64,000 nt of DNA from the human T2T-CHM13v2.0 reference genome, Homo sapiens: NCBI RefSeq assembly GCF_009914755.1, contig NC_060935.1, one strand, 5' to 3'. Shown piece by piece: positions 28,346-42,798 of this stretch. The notes under the pieces are model-generated. The model worked only from the letters and a program-made list of their open reading frames with translations. It made no database searches and had not been told where the DNA came from. The position numbers and the translations under genes are program-made. Positions within the stretch are counted from its first letter, which is position 1; each line of letters starts with the position of its first letter.

Positions 28346-31300
28346 TACATTTTAAAATCTCACCCAGGTCTGGGTAGTGGGGAGCTGAGCCATCACACCT
28401 AGTCCCGGTCCCTGATATCTGTGGGATGAGGGAGAGGAGGGAAGTGCTGACTTCCATAAACCAAAAATAACTAATTGCACATCCAAGGCCTAAACGAAGC
28501 TTTGTCAGTCCCTCAAAACTGGACAGTTCTACACTTGTCCCTTCATATGACATGAAAGGCTGTTTTATTCTGGAGCCATCATTAAATACTCGATTATTGT
28601 CTTTTCAACACAAAAGGTTCTCAAAGTTGGACTTGCTGACAGCACTTGGGGATTGGAGCAGGAGAAAGTCAAGGACTCCTCCTCCTCCTCTAGCATGGGG
28701 AAATTCTTTGGCAGAATTAGTGGTGTTCCCTGGGAAATGTGCTCTGCAAATAGATTCGTCTTTGCGTGCGTTACTCATCTTGCATCAAATTATCAAATTA
28801 GACCTCACAAATCAGAGCCAATTGTCCCTTGACAGGCAACTTTGGCTAGGGGCTCAGTCTCTTCTGGGCAGTCTCATCTAGTCTTGAAAATTTCTCCTTT
28901 CCTGGCATTAACAGACATCTCTGTGGCTATCCGCAACGTTCCCCACTTGGAAAATGCATCAGCGCTGCTCTGAGAATGAAGCAAGCACAGGGGGCTGGGG
29001 TGTGGTGTCTGCCCTGCATACCCTTGAACTCTAAGCTCAGCCTTGCCAATGTTCCCGCCAAAGAACCCAGAGTCTGAGGGCAACATGAAATACAGTCTCA
29101 ACACCCTGAGATTTCATCAGATCCTCCTGTTTTTAAAAATACTCATTTAAATTTGCACTCCATGCAATATGCATATCTGTTTTAGTATAAAATATTTCCA
29201 CCTCTCTCCTCCAAATCTGAGGTGATCGGAAGAAGTGCGTGTTTATGCCGTAACTTTGAGTATCCTACATAATGAGTGTCTGTGTACCACAGGTGGGATG
29301 CGCTACCACCTAAAAGTGTTCACTGTAGGAACTGGGGATTTTCCAGCTAAGCAGGACCCTTGGACTATTAACATGAAATGTCTTTGAAATACTGTTAGAT
29401 GACTTTTTTTTTTCTCCAGTGAGCATGCATGCATCCGAGGACGGTCATTGAGGTAGGATTTTGTTCATCTTTGGGGCTCCCACAAACCTAGCTCAAGACC
29501 TTGCACACAGGGGGGACTTTGGTTAAGATTTGTGAATTTTTTTAAAAAGACTCCTTCATTTGATCAACAGCATGCTGGGTGCTGCCTCTGTCTCTGGCTT
29601 TTCATTAGGTGCTGGAGATACTGAAGTGTGAGACACAGTCCTGCCCTCTAGTCTGTTGGCTGATGGAAGAAGAGAGGGACACGGGTTGAAATAAGGGGTA
29701 AATGATGCCATAAAGTGTGATTAAGAGTGTCATTCTCAAATTTGTGATGCTTTGTATTCAGGCTGGCCCAGTGAGAATTCTAGGTGGAAAAAACCCTTCT
29801 CAGGGTTTGCCATCTAACTTCGGGAGCTTAGAATTATAGAATTTCAGGGTCCATAAGCCCTTAAAATCACCCAGCCCAACTCCACTGACAGCTGTGGAGC
29901 CTTTGACAACCTGCTGATGGTCCCCTGAACTCACCACCTGCCCAAGCCATCAGCTTCATCACCAGCTCTATGAAGAAGCAGCTCAATAAATTGTTCCTAA
30001 TTTCCCCCTGCTGGTCCTCCCTCAGGGCTACATAGGACAACCCTGCTGGGCCCTTGCACAAGGCAGCCCTTCAGAGATCTGCAGGTAGAACACTGACCTT
30101 TCTGAGCAATTTCTGGTCTTAAATAGTCCTCAATCCTTTAGCCATGAATTCAAACATATAGATGGACTTTCAGAAAGTGGGAGCTTGGAGGACCACATCA
30201 TAACAACAGCCTTCCTAAAGCAAGAATCTCTTCAATAACATCTTTGAACAGAGGACTCCCTCTAACATTAGGCTATTACAAACCATTCAAAGGAATGATG
30301 GTAGTTGAAGGTGGAGAGGTGGCCTTGTTACTACCGAGAGTCAGTCCTCTGCTTTGCTTGACAAGTATCCTGCCACAAAGTTCTTCTCTGTAGTGACCTG
30401 ATATTTGCCTCTTCCCTCTCCCTCCACTGGTCCAGGGGTCATTGACCAAATGCCTCTTTTTTCACAGAAATCCATCACTGAATCCCAGAATCCCCCAAAT
30501 CTCAGTACGAAGGCTACTCTCAGAAGGTTGAAAGACATATACTTAATGCATATGAATTTATCATCCCAGTAGGTAGGTAGTTTTAGAAGTTCTTTAATCC
30601 TGGAGGAATCACAAACAGGAAAAAATCACTGAAGGCAACAACTGCCACTTCTAATATTATGAAGTTTTGTCATGTGCTGATGCGGGAGACATCAGCTGTT
30701 TAGGGAGGGTGTGTAGCTTGAGGGAGGCAATTCTGCCTGCCCACCAAATGTTCTCAAACACAGGGCTGGCAATGGTCCTGTATTGAGAACCACTCCACTG
30801 CCCGACTACCATCATCTAATCCATCATTGTGTAATAACCTGCTGAAATGTCTCTCAAAGTCCTCCCTGATAGCTGCATGTCCCCACACCCCTGTGGCAAC
30901 CAAGTCCTCCTATCTCTTCCCGGGACAATGAAACAGTTTCCTCCTTAACTTGCTTCCCTGTTTCTAGCCTCTTTCCTTCTGATCCACCTGCTTTCAGCTG
31001 CCAGGGGGATTTTGCACACCCCACCATGGAAATCTACTACTTAAGAACCTTCCCCATTCCTTCCTTCTGCTTTTAATGTGAAGTCTACCTCCTTGGAATG
31101 GCTTTCAACAACCATCATTATCTGCTCTACATGACTCTAAGTCTTATCTCCTACTTGTCCCATCAAAAACTCTAAATTCTGCACACAACAGACAATGGAT
31201 TCCTACTACTAAAATATGCTCAGCTATTTCATGCCTTTGCCCAAGTGAGCCTCTACTTGGGATGTTCTATGCTTGGAAACTGTCTCTACAACCTTTATGA

Positions 31301-34300
31301 TATAAATCAAACAAGCCTCCTATGTGAAGCCATCTCTGAGTTCTGCAGACCAAGTCGGTCATCCCAGGCTCTCAGAACACAGCACACCCCTCGGTTTCTG
31401 TTCTCATCATTCGGTTCCATTGTGTTTACATGCCCATGAGCTCCTTGAGGGCAGAAGCTGTGTCTGATTTATATCTGCATTCCTCCTGTCCAACCCCCAT
31501 GCTCAATAAATGTTTGATGAACGACTAAAGGAAAGACTGTTCATCATTGGAAAATTGCTCATCAGAGTCCTGCACATCAGCGTTGCCAAGAGATGTTTTC
31601 ATCAAATGTGGTTTCTCAGTGTCAGTATCTAACGCTGTCCTGGTTCAGCCTGAAGTGTTGGAAATTCAGAAGATCTTGTGGGGGTTAGAGGAAATGTATT
31701 TTATTTGTTAAGCAGAAAATCAGGGTATGAGATGGAACACTAAGATATGCAAATGCCTATCTATCTTCTTGGTAGGAGAACCTGGGAAAACACACTAGAT
31801 TATTTTAAAATTAATTCAGCCTGAGTGTCTGTGGAGCTTAAATGTGGTCCTCAGGAGAATAAATAGTGCATAATGTGAAACCAGAAAGGAGATTTGAAAT
31901 GCACCCAGTAAAAGCTCCTTTCAGCCCAACTTGAGTACCAGAACGTTCTAGTTGGTAGGATCTGAATGCAATTTGCAAAGATTAAAACCTGTTGCAAGAA
32001 AATTAGCCCAAGCACAAGACTTTAATCATTTCAGAGGCTCCTGGCTTCTTCAGGCCTTGTCAACAGCGACTCCTCACCAATGAGGGCTCGAGGAGAGATT
32101 CCAGGTCACCTGATAAATATCGATCATTTTGCAGTAAGCAAAACTTCCACATATATTAATTATTAAATAGCAAGTGAGAGTGGCTGCTCTGGGTCTGAAA
32201 ACTAGGAATTCAAAAATAGTATTTCCAAACAGTTCCCTTTTGTAGAAGGATCAAATATATGGTTGCCAAAGCACTCCGGGGAGTTTTAATTAGACATATG
32301 CCAAAGTGGCTGAAAACTGCCCAGTCACCGAAGAGCCTTGTGCCACAGATGCCTGCTTTGTTGACTGCTATGTCTGTTTAAACAGGAATCGTGTGGGGCT
32401 GCCTTTTCAAGCCATGCCCTGGGATAAGGGAAGGAGGGAGCTGGAACTTGGGGTGACTTTGCCTCAAGGATGCCCATTTTACAACAGTGTTTCCTTCTCT
32501 GCCATAGCCAGGATGGACAGACAAGATGGGAGGAGTGGGGAGCGCTGGCCACAGTCCCAAGGCATCTAGGTGTGCACAGGAGGTGAGACTGAGTTACTCC
32601 AGTGGGGACCTCAGAGCGTGGGTGGGAAGGATTCTGTGAGGGCTGGAAAGAGGGTAGAAGTGTCTGGGTGCAGGTCTTGGATGTCAAAGCAGCCTGGGCT
32701 TCAGATTCAGCCAGTGAATCTACCACTCTCAGGCCATGTGATCTTGGAGGGTGACTTCATCTCAATGTCTCATATTGGAGGTGGGCTTGCTGTGCTATTA
32801 ACCTCAAACTGTATAAGGCTGAACACAGAAAGGCTGAGGCTCACAGGCAGAGGAGTCTGAAGAGGGCTGGAGGCTTACTTCAGTTCAGGAATACCCATGT
32901 CTGGATGACACCAAGTCCCCAGGGCTACAAGTGCCTGGCTGGGCTGTGGCCTCCAGGGGCTACTCCAAGACAGCCCAGAGGCCACTGCTCATCCTCCTCC
33001 TGCAGTAATCTGAAGCAGTACTCTTGTCGATTGAGGACTCCTGGTGATGCCTGTCAACATTTCCAGCCCACACCACCAAAGCTGAGTCCCTAGGATTGGC
33101 CTTAGAACCTGTGCTAAGAGGAGACTTTGGGGGCTGACGCAGGCTATGAAGACCCCGGGGTCATGGAGGAGAGGGAGGAAGAAATGGCTAAATCTTCAAA
33201 CTGCATCTCAATCTCCTGCTAACTCTTCATCCTGCTTCTTTCCTTTTCTAGAATCTCTCCTAATCTAGCTTCACAATCCCTGCCAGAGGGGGGCTTTCAA
33301 AATCCCAGACCTAAACATGACCTGGGGTTACATATCCTTATCTCCCACAGAATCAAATCCACCAGGCCCTGTGGCCTCCAGGCCTAGCCCAGTTGGCCTT
33401 CCAGACTCTTCAGCCGCTCCCCACTGTGCCCTCCAGGATCGGCCACCCCTGACTCCCGGCAGCTCCCTGAGCACAGCCTGCTTTCGATGTCACAACTTTC
33501 ACACATGCTGTTTCCTCTCCCTGGAATGCCCTTCACTCCTTCCAAAGAGACCAGGCTCCCAGGTTCTTAACATTCATTCCCAATTAAGTACATTGTCTCC
33601 TGAGAAACCACCAGCCCTGCCCACCCCTAGCTGCACCACCACCAACTTCCTGCATGGTTCCATTCGTTCCATTCACAGACGGCAGGGCAAGCTGAACCCA
33701 GAGGCCCAGCAGGTCTGGCTGAGGGCAGTAGAAAATGGTCCCTTGTGACCTCCATAGACTCTGAAGACAGTCTGAGGCATGAAGACCATTTCGCCCCAGC
33801 AAAGTCAGCCCCACTCACCTCCACGGAGCCTGGAATATGCACTCAGGACCCTGTTGTCTTCAATCTACAAGCCTACTTTGCACCCAGCTCGACTTGAGAA
33901 ACAACAGCCATCCTTCACTGGGCATATACCTAACTGTCCTTCCACACCACACACCCCAGGCCTCCCTCTGCCTCTCAACTTGAAGGAGGAAAGGAGGGAA
34001 ATGTAGCCTCATCCTCTGGCCCCTGAGCTGGAAATCTGGCAGAGGAAAGTGACGAAGGCTTCTGCTAGGCACAGTGTCAAGTCAGCAGTAGCTCCCAGCT
34101 GGGGCATCTGGTGTTTCCACAGAGAGGGAGGTGGGAGGATGAACACCCTGTGTCTCAAGCCTCAGCCCTGACCTCTGGCCTTCTCCCACGTGGCCACTTC
34201 CGACATAGCTTCAGTGATGAGAAGTAAGAGAGAATTTGAACTATTTCATAAATAATGACCAACATGAGCACCTTGGGCATGTTCGTTAACTTCTCTGTGA

Positions 34301-35539
34301 CTCAGTTTCCTCATCTATGAGGTCAGGTGGTACCTATCACATCTGGGTTTGGTGAGGATTAAATGAGTTAATATATGCCTGACACAGTAAGTACTGTATG
34401 AATGTTAGCTGTTATTCCTATTGGGATAGAACTTCACAGTTTACAGCACATGTCAAAGGTTACATAGACAGGAAGGAGCAGGAGCCATGAGTCCTTTGCA
34501 TGAGTTCCCTTTCATTGAACCCCTGACACTTTGCAGGGTGAGCTGGGACTCACAGAGCTGCCACCTGCATCCTCCACCTGCCCTCGGAAATGCTCCCATT
34601 TGGCTCCTGGGCTCCTCTCCACCATCTGCTTTCCTGTGTTCACAAAGCCCTGGTTTAGGCTCTTGGTTCTGCTTTCTAGCTAGCTCCTAAGTCCATGACC
34701 TTGTTTTGAACTTCCAGCTCAGTATTGACATTCACTGTTTATTTAGGACCTAAGAGTCTCTGTAAGTGCTCTAATTCTGCACACCCAGACCACAGTCAAA
34801 GGTGCCCTATGCCCATACAATATGATGTAGCTGGGACTCTCCTTACCATCACCCTTGCTACAGGGAGAGTAACTGGATGCCAGGATTGGAATCAAGGTAT
34901 AGCCAGCTTCCAAAGCTCCTTGCAGTGCCCCCAGCAGCCTCCATCCTCACCAGGGGAGAAGCAGCTTGCCGGGAGGCTGGAGTCAGGGACTCCTGCCACT
35001 CAGTTCCATGAATACAGGTGTTCCCTCCCGAACTTCCCTGGGAGTGTCCACCATGTACAGCCCCCAGGCAGCCCTGAGGCTCCACAACCCCATGGGCTCC
35101 CTCACTTCCTGTTATTAACGCTTTACCTGCTCCACCTGGGAGGCAGGCATCCCTATCTGTGGCTGAAAATGGATCCTACCTTAGCAGATTCCCTGGTGAC
35201 TAGGAGACCTCTGGGCAGAGGCAGAAGTTCTCCTCAAAGCTAGGCATCTAGATCCTTGGCAACATTCTATAATGGGAGCTACTAGGGGCCAGTGAAGAGC
35301 AGGAAGTCAAATATGGGCCCCTGAATTAACAGAGACTTAATAAAGGAATGTCCCACGGTCACTAGTGTGAGGACTGCCTTTCGCCAAATGGCCCCAAGAT
35401 GCTGTCTGGCAAGGAAACCTCTTCTCCCAGAGTGACCCAATACTGCGTGGAAGGCAGAGGGGGTTGCAGATCAGAGACCCAGCACTGTCTACATCTGGGA
35501 GACTGGGGGCTCCATCTCGTGAGCAGAGGCTTGTATAGG

Positions 35540-35740
35540 AGAAACGTGAAGGTTTAAAGTCAGAAAGACCTGAGTTTATATCCCAGCCCTGCCCCAGCTG
35601 TGAGACTCTGGGCAGGGGACTCCCATCTCTGAGCCTCAGTTTCCTTATATCTAAAAAGTACAATAATAAAATCATTATAATAAAACAACAACAATAATAA
35701 TAAACTCCCTCAGAGCCAATATCACAGGGGTCAATAGTCA
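35540..35740. mobile_element. MIR fragment about 200 nt into the last intron
   Basis: gtcagaaagacctgagttt...ctctgagcctcagtttccttatatctaaaa. Confidence 0.7.
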
Positions 35741-35937
35741 ACACATGAGACCCACAGCACATGGTAATTTGATCAGCAAATCCCTGAGAAGCAAAGCAGT
35801 CTGGAGCCACAGCCTCACTACTGCCAGTCTGTCTCTCCTTCCCCTTCCCCTCTCCTCCACCACCTCCCTGGCCCCTGAGGCCACTCTCCTGGTTTTCCAC
35901 GATGGCTGCCACTGTGCCCGGGCTCTGGGGCTGTTAC

Positions 35938-36102
35938 CTGAGAGAACTGCCAGTGAAGCTTCATCCTCTTGGCTTTGGCGTAGCTGCATTCGATGAGCCG
36001 GGGCCGGCTGTTGACGTCCACCAGGCATCGGTTGTCATCATCATCCACGGTGGGGCTCAGAATGCCCACATGGATCTGCTGACTGCTCGTGTAGTACACG
36101 TT
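35938..36102 (-). CDS. GALNT18: GALNT18 penultimate coding exon (lectin domain)
   Basis: Pyrimidine tract + gcccccag|AAC GTG TAC ... TCT CAG|gtaacag. 165 nt = NVYYTSSQQIHVGILSPTVDDDDNRCLVDVNSRPRLIECSYAKAKRMKLHWQFSQ (inside ORF 35818..36228 -). Phase 0 at both ends; joins in frame to the terminal exon (WQFSQ|GGPIQ). Confidence 0.96.
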
Positions 36103-36442
36103 CTGGGGGCGGAGGGAGGGAGAGAGTGTGGATAAATGCCAATGGCCACGGAGACAGGAGCATAGGTGGTGATTCTTCCAGGCAGCTGGCAGAGAGGCCA
36201 CAGTTAGGGAAGACCCCGGAGTCTTCACATCCAGTGGCCTTCAGATTATTTTCTATTGCAATGGACAAGAAGAAACCCTTTTACATTATGATCCGGTATA
36301 GTGTCTGGTCCACCTGTATAACTACAAGAAATAAAACACCCTTACATATGTAATATACACTGATTTCTGTTCTAATCTTTCATTGGAAAACATTGGTCAT
36401 AACCTTTTAAATTTATTTCTTCACCCAGTTTACAAACCCCTC

Positions 36443-36702
36443 TTTTTTTTTTTTTTTTTTTTTTTTTGGAGACAGAGTCTTGCTCTGTTGCCCAGCCTGG
36501 AGTGCAGTGGCGCTATTTCGGCTCACTGCAACCTTCCACCTCCCAGGCTCAAGTGATTCTCCTGCCTCCGTCTCCTGAGTAGCTGGGATTACAGATGCGC
36601 ACCATCATGCCCGGCTAATTTTTGTATTTTTAGTAGAAACGGGGTTTCACCATGTTGGTCAGGCTGGTTTCAAACTCCTGACCTCGTGATCTGCCTGCCT
36701 TG
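36443..36702 (-). mobile_element. Alu (AluSg-like), 5'-truncated
   Basis: 25-T tail; Alu body ends gacctcgtgatctgcctgccttg. Confidence 0.94.
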
Positions 36703-36865
36703 AATCCATTATTTACAGATTGCCTGATTTCCTCCCTTCATAAATATTTCATGTCAGATACTGTGCTTTGTCAGAGTAAAAAGCCTGGATTGCGCCTTCA
36801 GGGAGCGCAGAGTCTTGTGGGATGGGAGATGTATAACAATTTCCATGCACACTAAGACTGTGCAG

Positions 36866-37618
36866 AGCAGGAGGTGGCCAACTTTTTCTTAAAGGTCAGG
36901 ATGACAAATGTTTGGTTTTCTGGGTGTGCTGGGGAGTCCCCAAGACCACCCTCAGCTAAATGATTTTCTATGGGGACTCATAGGACTCAGCACATAGCTG
37001 TACTCACTGCTATGATTTATGACAGCAAAAGGATACAAAACAAACCCAAAAGGAAAAAGGAGAAAGGCTCCTGGACAAATCCTGGGGAAACCAGGTCCAA
37101 GTTTCCAAGGGTTCCCTCCCAGGGGCGTTGCACAGGACATGCTCAATTCCTCTGAGCTGTGACAACACATGGGAAATGCTGTCTACCAGAGAATTACGTT
37201 AGAGACGCAGCACCAGGGTTTTTTACTGGGGGCTGTCACATAGGCAGCCTCTGCCTGGTATGCACCAAAATCCCAGGCTTCCAGAAGGAAAGTGGGTGGT
37301 AAACCTAGGCTGTTTTGTTTGTATAATCAGATTAAGCACAGAGAGCCACTCTTATCAGTTCTGCTGGGAATCCTGAGACCCAGGCTCTTAGATGCCAACC
37401 TCATAAGCAAGACTTTCAAAGGACAGCAGCCAGGCCAGCTCTGCAAACTCCTTTCTGCACAGAGGACCATACAGCCTCTGAAAACTCAACGCTCCTACTG
37501 TAGTGCAAACACATCCCAGAAAAAAAAAAAAAAACATAAACAAATGGCTGTGTTTCATTAACACATCATTTACAAAAGTAGGAGTCTCCCATGGGCTGTA
37601 GTTTGGGTCTGGTCTAGG
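36866..37618. mobile_element. MER58-like hAT MITE interrupted by an LTR
   Basis: gcaggaggtggccaactttttcttaaaggtcag ... ccatacagcctctgaaaactcaacgctc...aaacaaatggctgtgtttca...gggctgtagtttg. Confidence 0.65.
36925..37461. mobile_element. MER21-like LTR
   Basis: tgtgctggggagtccccaagaccaccc...ggactcagcacatagctgtactcac...ctttctgcaca (TG..CA). Confidence 0.75.
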
Positions 37619-39941
37619 GGAAAGCCACGTGACTCTTGGCCTTCAATGTTTTCAGCAACTTCCCTCAGCCCTGAGCCATGGTTCCCAGTCAGGGCTCCGA
37701 GTGAAAAGTCTTAGGGTTCTGTGAACTCTTCTCCTCACATTGCCAAAGGCATTAACATGCTGCTACCCTCATCACTAGTGCTCCCCTGCCCCAGTGATTA
37801 CGCCTCAGAAACAAACCAAGATACCACACTTTTCCACTTTAGGTTAGAATATTCAGGGTGTTCTCTCTGGTTATCTTGACATGTTCAAAAATTCTCATTG
37901 GCAAATATTTTTAATTCAAAATGGCAAAATTATGTATTTCTTGCTTTAGCAAAAGAGGGTGGTTGACAACTACTTTTTAAACCTGTGTGCTAGGCCATAA
38001 AAGGGACAGAAGTGGAAAGAAGGCAGTGCAGGTGAGGAGGGTGAGTAAGCGTGGTCCTTCACGGCAGATTCTTCCTGAAGCTCAGAAGTCTCTTTAGGCT
38101 CTTGGGAGGGGGTGAAGGGCAGGCAGGGTGTTCCCTTTCGCCAGTGTATCAGTCAATGCTTCAACAGGAAAGAGACGGCCCACTTTAGTAGGGGGAGACC
38201 CGAGGAGTATGTAATAAAGGCACCATTTTCAAAGGTGTGGGTAGGGTGTCAGGGAACCACAAGGGATAGGATGATTCCCTGAGGAAAGTAACATGAAGCA
38301 GTTAGTACCCCTACGCCCAGTGGAATGAGAGGACAGAGCTGTCACCAGAACGTGTAAGAGAAAAGTCATGGAGAGAAAGCTGAGAGGAGGGCTTGGGGGT
38401 CATGGCAAGTGATGCTGAATCAACACCCCAAGTTCACTCTTTCCTCCCCACTTCAATCTCATGCTAGGTCAGGCCACTGGCAGAACCCAACTGGAAACCA
38501 GAGATTTCCATTGAAATGTTCCATAACGTCAGCCTCTCAGGGTGGAGGGAGGTGGGTGGAGAGTGTGTCTGGAGGGAGGAGCAGAAGACGCTCATTACAG
38601 CTAAGATCTGCTCTCTGTGGTCACTTTACAAGTTATCAAGCTTGGCAAATCCATGGTAATTGATATCAAAATGACTAAAATGACTGAGTTTTTCTATAAC
38701 AAAGGTGAAGGATTTACTGTGACCAAAGTTCTGAGCAGAGGCCAAATGTGGGATGTCCAGCTTTGATGTGGAAATGTAACCAGAACAAGAGGCAAGGGGA
38801 GCCTCTTCAAAGCTATCCTGGGCAAGAGGTGGTTTGCTCATCAGAATCCTGGGACTGTCCATTGTGTGGCCTGGATTTCCAGGTCACCACCGAAGAAAGC
38901 TGATGTCCTGTGGCTTCTAGTTTATTGGAGTTGAGGGAGAACTTGGCAACTGGTAGGATGGAGAAAATTAAACAGCCATAGAGTTAGACATCACACCCAT
39001 ACCTCTATTCAACTAACAAGTAATCTCTAAGTTGGGATCTAGGACTACAGAAATGAGAAAAGCCATGGTCCCTGTCCTGGAGAAGCCATGCCGCATTAGG
39101 GAAACCAACAACATATCAGGAAACAATGACCCCAATCACATGAATATGAGAAGTGCCCCTACTTCTTGTACTCACCTACCCCAACTCTTACTACTTTGAA
39201 AATAGAAACGAGAACCCACCATATCCAGAAAGACTGCCCTGAATATTCAACTGTGTGGAGCCTCAGCCTGACACCTGGGCCTCTCACCAAAAGGTGCACA
39301 CCTGTTTATGCCCTTGGGTTGAATGCACGGTGACCTCCTTAGGACACTGTAGCTCTTAATCTCCCTGCATGCCAGGACCCAGATTTCCTGAGGTTTGGGG
39401 ATGTGGGCTGTGAGACAAGGACAGCCAGGGAGCCAGTCATTCCCATGTTTTTCTTCTTCTGTCATCAAAGCCTGGTTCTTGTCTCTGGAGCAGACTTGGC
39501 AGACACAAGTGGCTACTCAGGTAACAGCTGAAATCAGTTTTATCCACTTAGCTGCTCTGAAGAGTTTAGGGAGATGCTGGGAGAGACGTGTGCACTTACT
39601 ATCTGGTACAGCTGTCATCAGAGCTGTTTATTGCTCCAGAGTCTGGGAAAATCATAATGGGGCAGACGGTTGTTATTTAAAAACAAAACAACAAAGTGCC
39701 TCTTGACTGGCGTAATCACAAGGCTGGCAGATCACAGAGGGAGGTTCGGCAAAGAGGATTCTCTCAAGTCCTCACATGGACATCTCAGAAGCCCAGCCTA
39801 GCGGATTAAATAAACAAATTGCTCAAACACAAAAAAGGTGTTCAAGATGCCCTACCTTCAGTGCCTGCAGTCCCAGCAAGCATAGCTAAGCTTTCTGAGC
39901 AATGGGGACTCTGGAACGTTTAAGGCAAAAAGTGACTTAGA

Positions 39942-40150
39942 ACGGTGGTCCTCAATGGAGGAATGTTATAAACCAGGGGCTATCTGGAATGCCTGGAGAC
40001 ATTTTTGGTTGTCATGATGGTGGGGGTGGTAGGAGGTGTCTAGTGGCTGGTCTGGGATCCCACTCAACATCCTAAGTGCACAGGACAGCCCCCCACAGCA
40101 AAGAATTATCTAGCCAAAATGTCAGTAGTGCCGCTGTTGAGATACCCCAA
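39942..40150. mobile_element. MER20 DNA transposon
   Basis: ggagacatttttggttgtcatg...gtgcacaggacagcccccacagcaaagaattatctagccaaaatgtcagtagtgcc. Confidence 0.8.
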
Positions 40151-40159
40151 CTTAAGGTA

Positions 40160-40400
40160 TAATAAAAGCTAACATGTTTTTACCTCTTACACTGTGCCAG
40201 ACATGAAATGACTTACATGCTTTATCTTGTTTAATCTTAGCAATAACTCATGAGGCAGGTACTAATATTATCCCTTACCTTACAGACGAGAAAGCTGAGG
40301 CACGGAGACCATAAGCAATGTTTCCAAAGTCGCACGGTTGGTGAGTAGCTGAGATTTACAGCGAGGCAGTTTAACTCCAGAGCCATATGTGCGACCACTC
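40160..40400. mobile_element. MIR fragment
   Basis: tttaatcttagcaataactcatgaggcaggtactaatattatccc...gagaaagctgaggcacggag. Confidence 0.75.
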
Positions 40401-41923
40401 ACCTCCCTTGCCCACCTCCCTGGGGTCACTCCAGCTCCAGCCTCCAGGCTGGGAGGGGCAGGGGGAGCCGGGAGAGGACTTCCACTGTGATCCCTTCCAA
40501 CCATGATGGGGGCCTGGACTAAGACAGTACCAGAGAGCTGGAGGAGCCTAGAATAAAAGATGCTACAAAGTTCTGAGACAGCAGCATCCCTCCTGTAACT
40601 CTGGTCTGAGGCTGGGGTGAGCTGTTATCCTGCCTGTGGACGTCTTACAAACCCCCGGGGCAGAGAAACGTCATCCCCGCCCACTCAGCTCCTCCTCAGC
40701 TGCCAATGATTGATTTGGCTCATTCTCTACTCAGCTCTACACAGCTCAGCAGGGCTGCAAACCAGATCTCCAGCATTTCATTTTGATTCTTGCAGGAGGA
40801 AGAGCAAAATCACCTGCAAGGTAAAACAATCAACACATCCGTATCCTGGATCTTACGCTAGTGGCATTTTCCTCTCCTCCAGGCCAGGGGTAGGAGCCAT
40901 GACTGAGAGCTAACAGCTGGCCAGGGAGACCACAGAACTCTGGTTGCACATTCCTGCCTTTAGAGCCACAGAGTCGAGGCTGGGTAACGTCCCCCAGGGC
41001 CGGAGGTTCTCCTGACTCTGTCCCTCACCTTGGGGCAAGGGCCCCCATCCTGCAGGATACCCTGGTCTCAGAGCCTGGCCTCTAGCCCTCCAAAGAAGCC
41101 ACCCCTCACATGTGTCAAGCCTCACCTGGCTGATGGAAACTCTGCCACAGCTTCAGGAAGGGAAGGAAGAGAAGAAAACACACATAGTTTTGTGCGCCTA
41201 GCAGTCCTCTGCTAGGTGTTTTCCATGCCCGTGGCTACTGCCACTTTTAAGGATAAGGAAACTGAGGCTATGAGAGTTTTAAAAACTTGTGAAGACACTC
41301 AGGTAGGCAGTTGCTCTCTCCCCTCCTTGCCTAGGGAGAAGTCCTGAGCAAGGCTGAGTTCTGGCAGCTCAGGGCCTGTGGCCCCTTACCCATTCCTTGG
41401 AGGGGCTCTCCTCGGCTGCACTGATGGCCACTGCCTCCGCCCAGTCCCGAACCTCAGCTGCAGCTGCCCAGGCCCGGGAGCTTGGTCCCGAGGGCCACCA
41501 TGAACTCACCCATGAACCAGCAATGGGACTACCAGGGCCGTTCCCACCAGGTTGTCACGCTGAGCTCTGGGGATTCCAAGAAGGGGTCTCAGGGGCCATT
41601 GTGGGTGGGGTTCTAGAGCCCCTCTCCCAGCCCCATCACAGCAGGTCTTCTTTTGTCTTTTGGATAACTGGCTTTCATATAACATTTTCTTTGAACAACA
41701 GGTTATGATGAATTTTAAGAAGTTTGAAAACCACTTCTCTGAAGCAGGAGGCTTCTGTCCAGGAGGAGGACGTTGCAGATGAGTAGGCCTTTGTTAGCTT
41801 CTACTCCACCAAAGAGCCTTTGCAAACATGCAGATGAGAATCTCAACCTCCTGCCTCCCGCCTCCAACCTCCACCAGGCCCCACTCCCTTGCATTCTTTG
41901 ATATGGCCAATCTACGTATTTTT

Positions 41924-42798
<875 letters not shown>

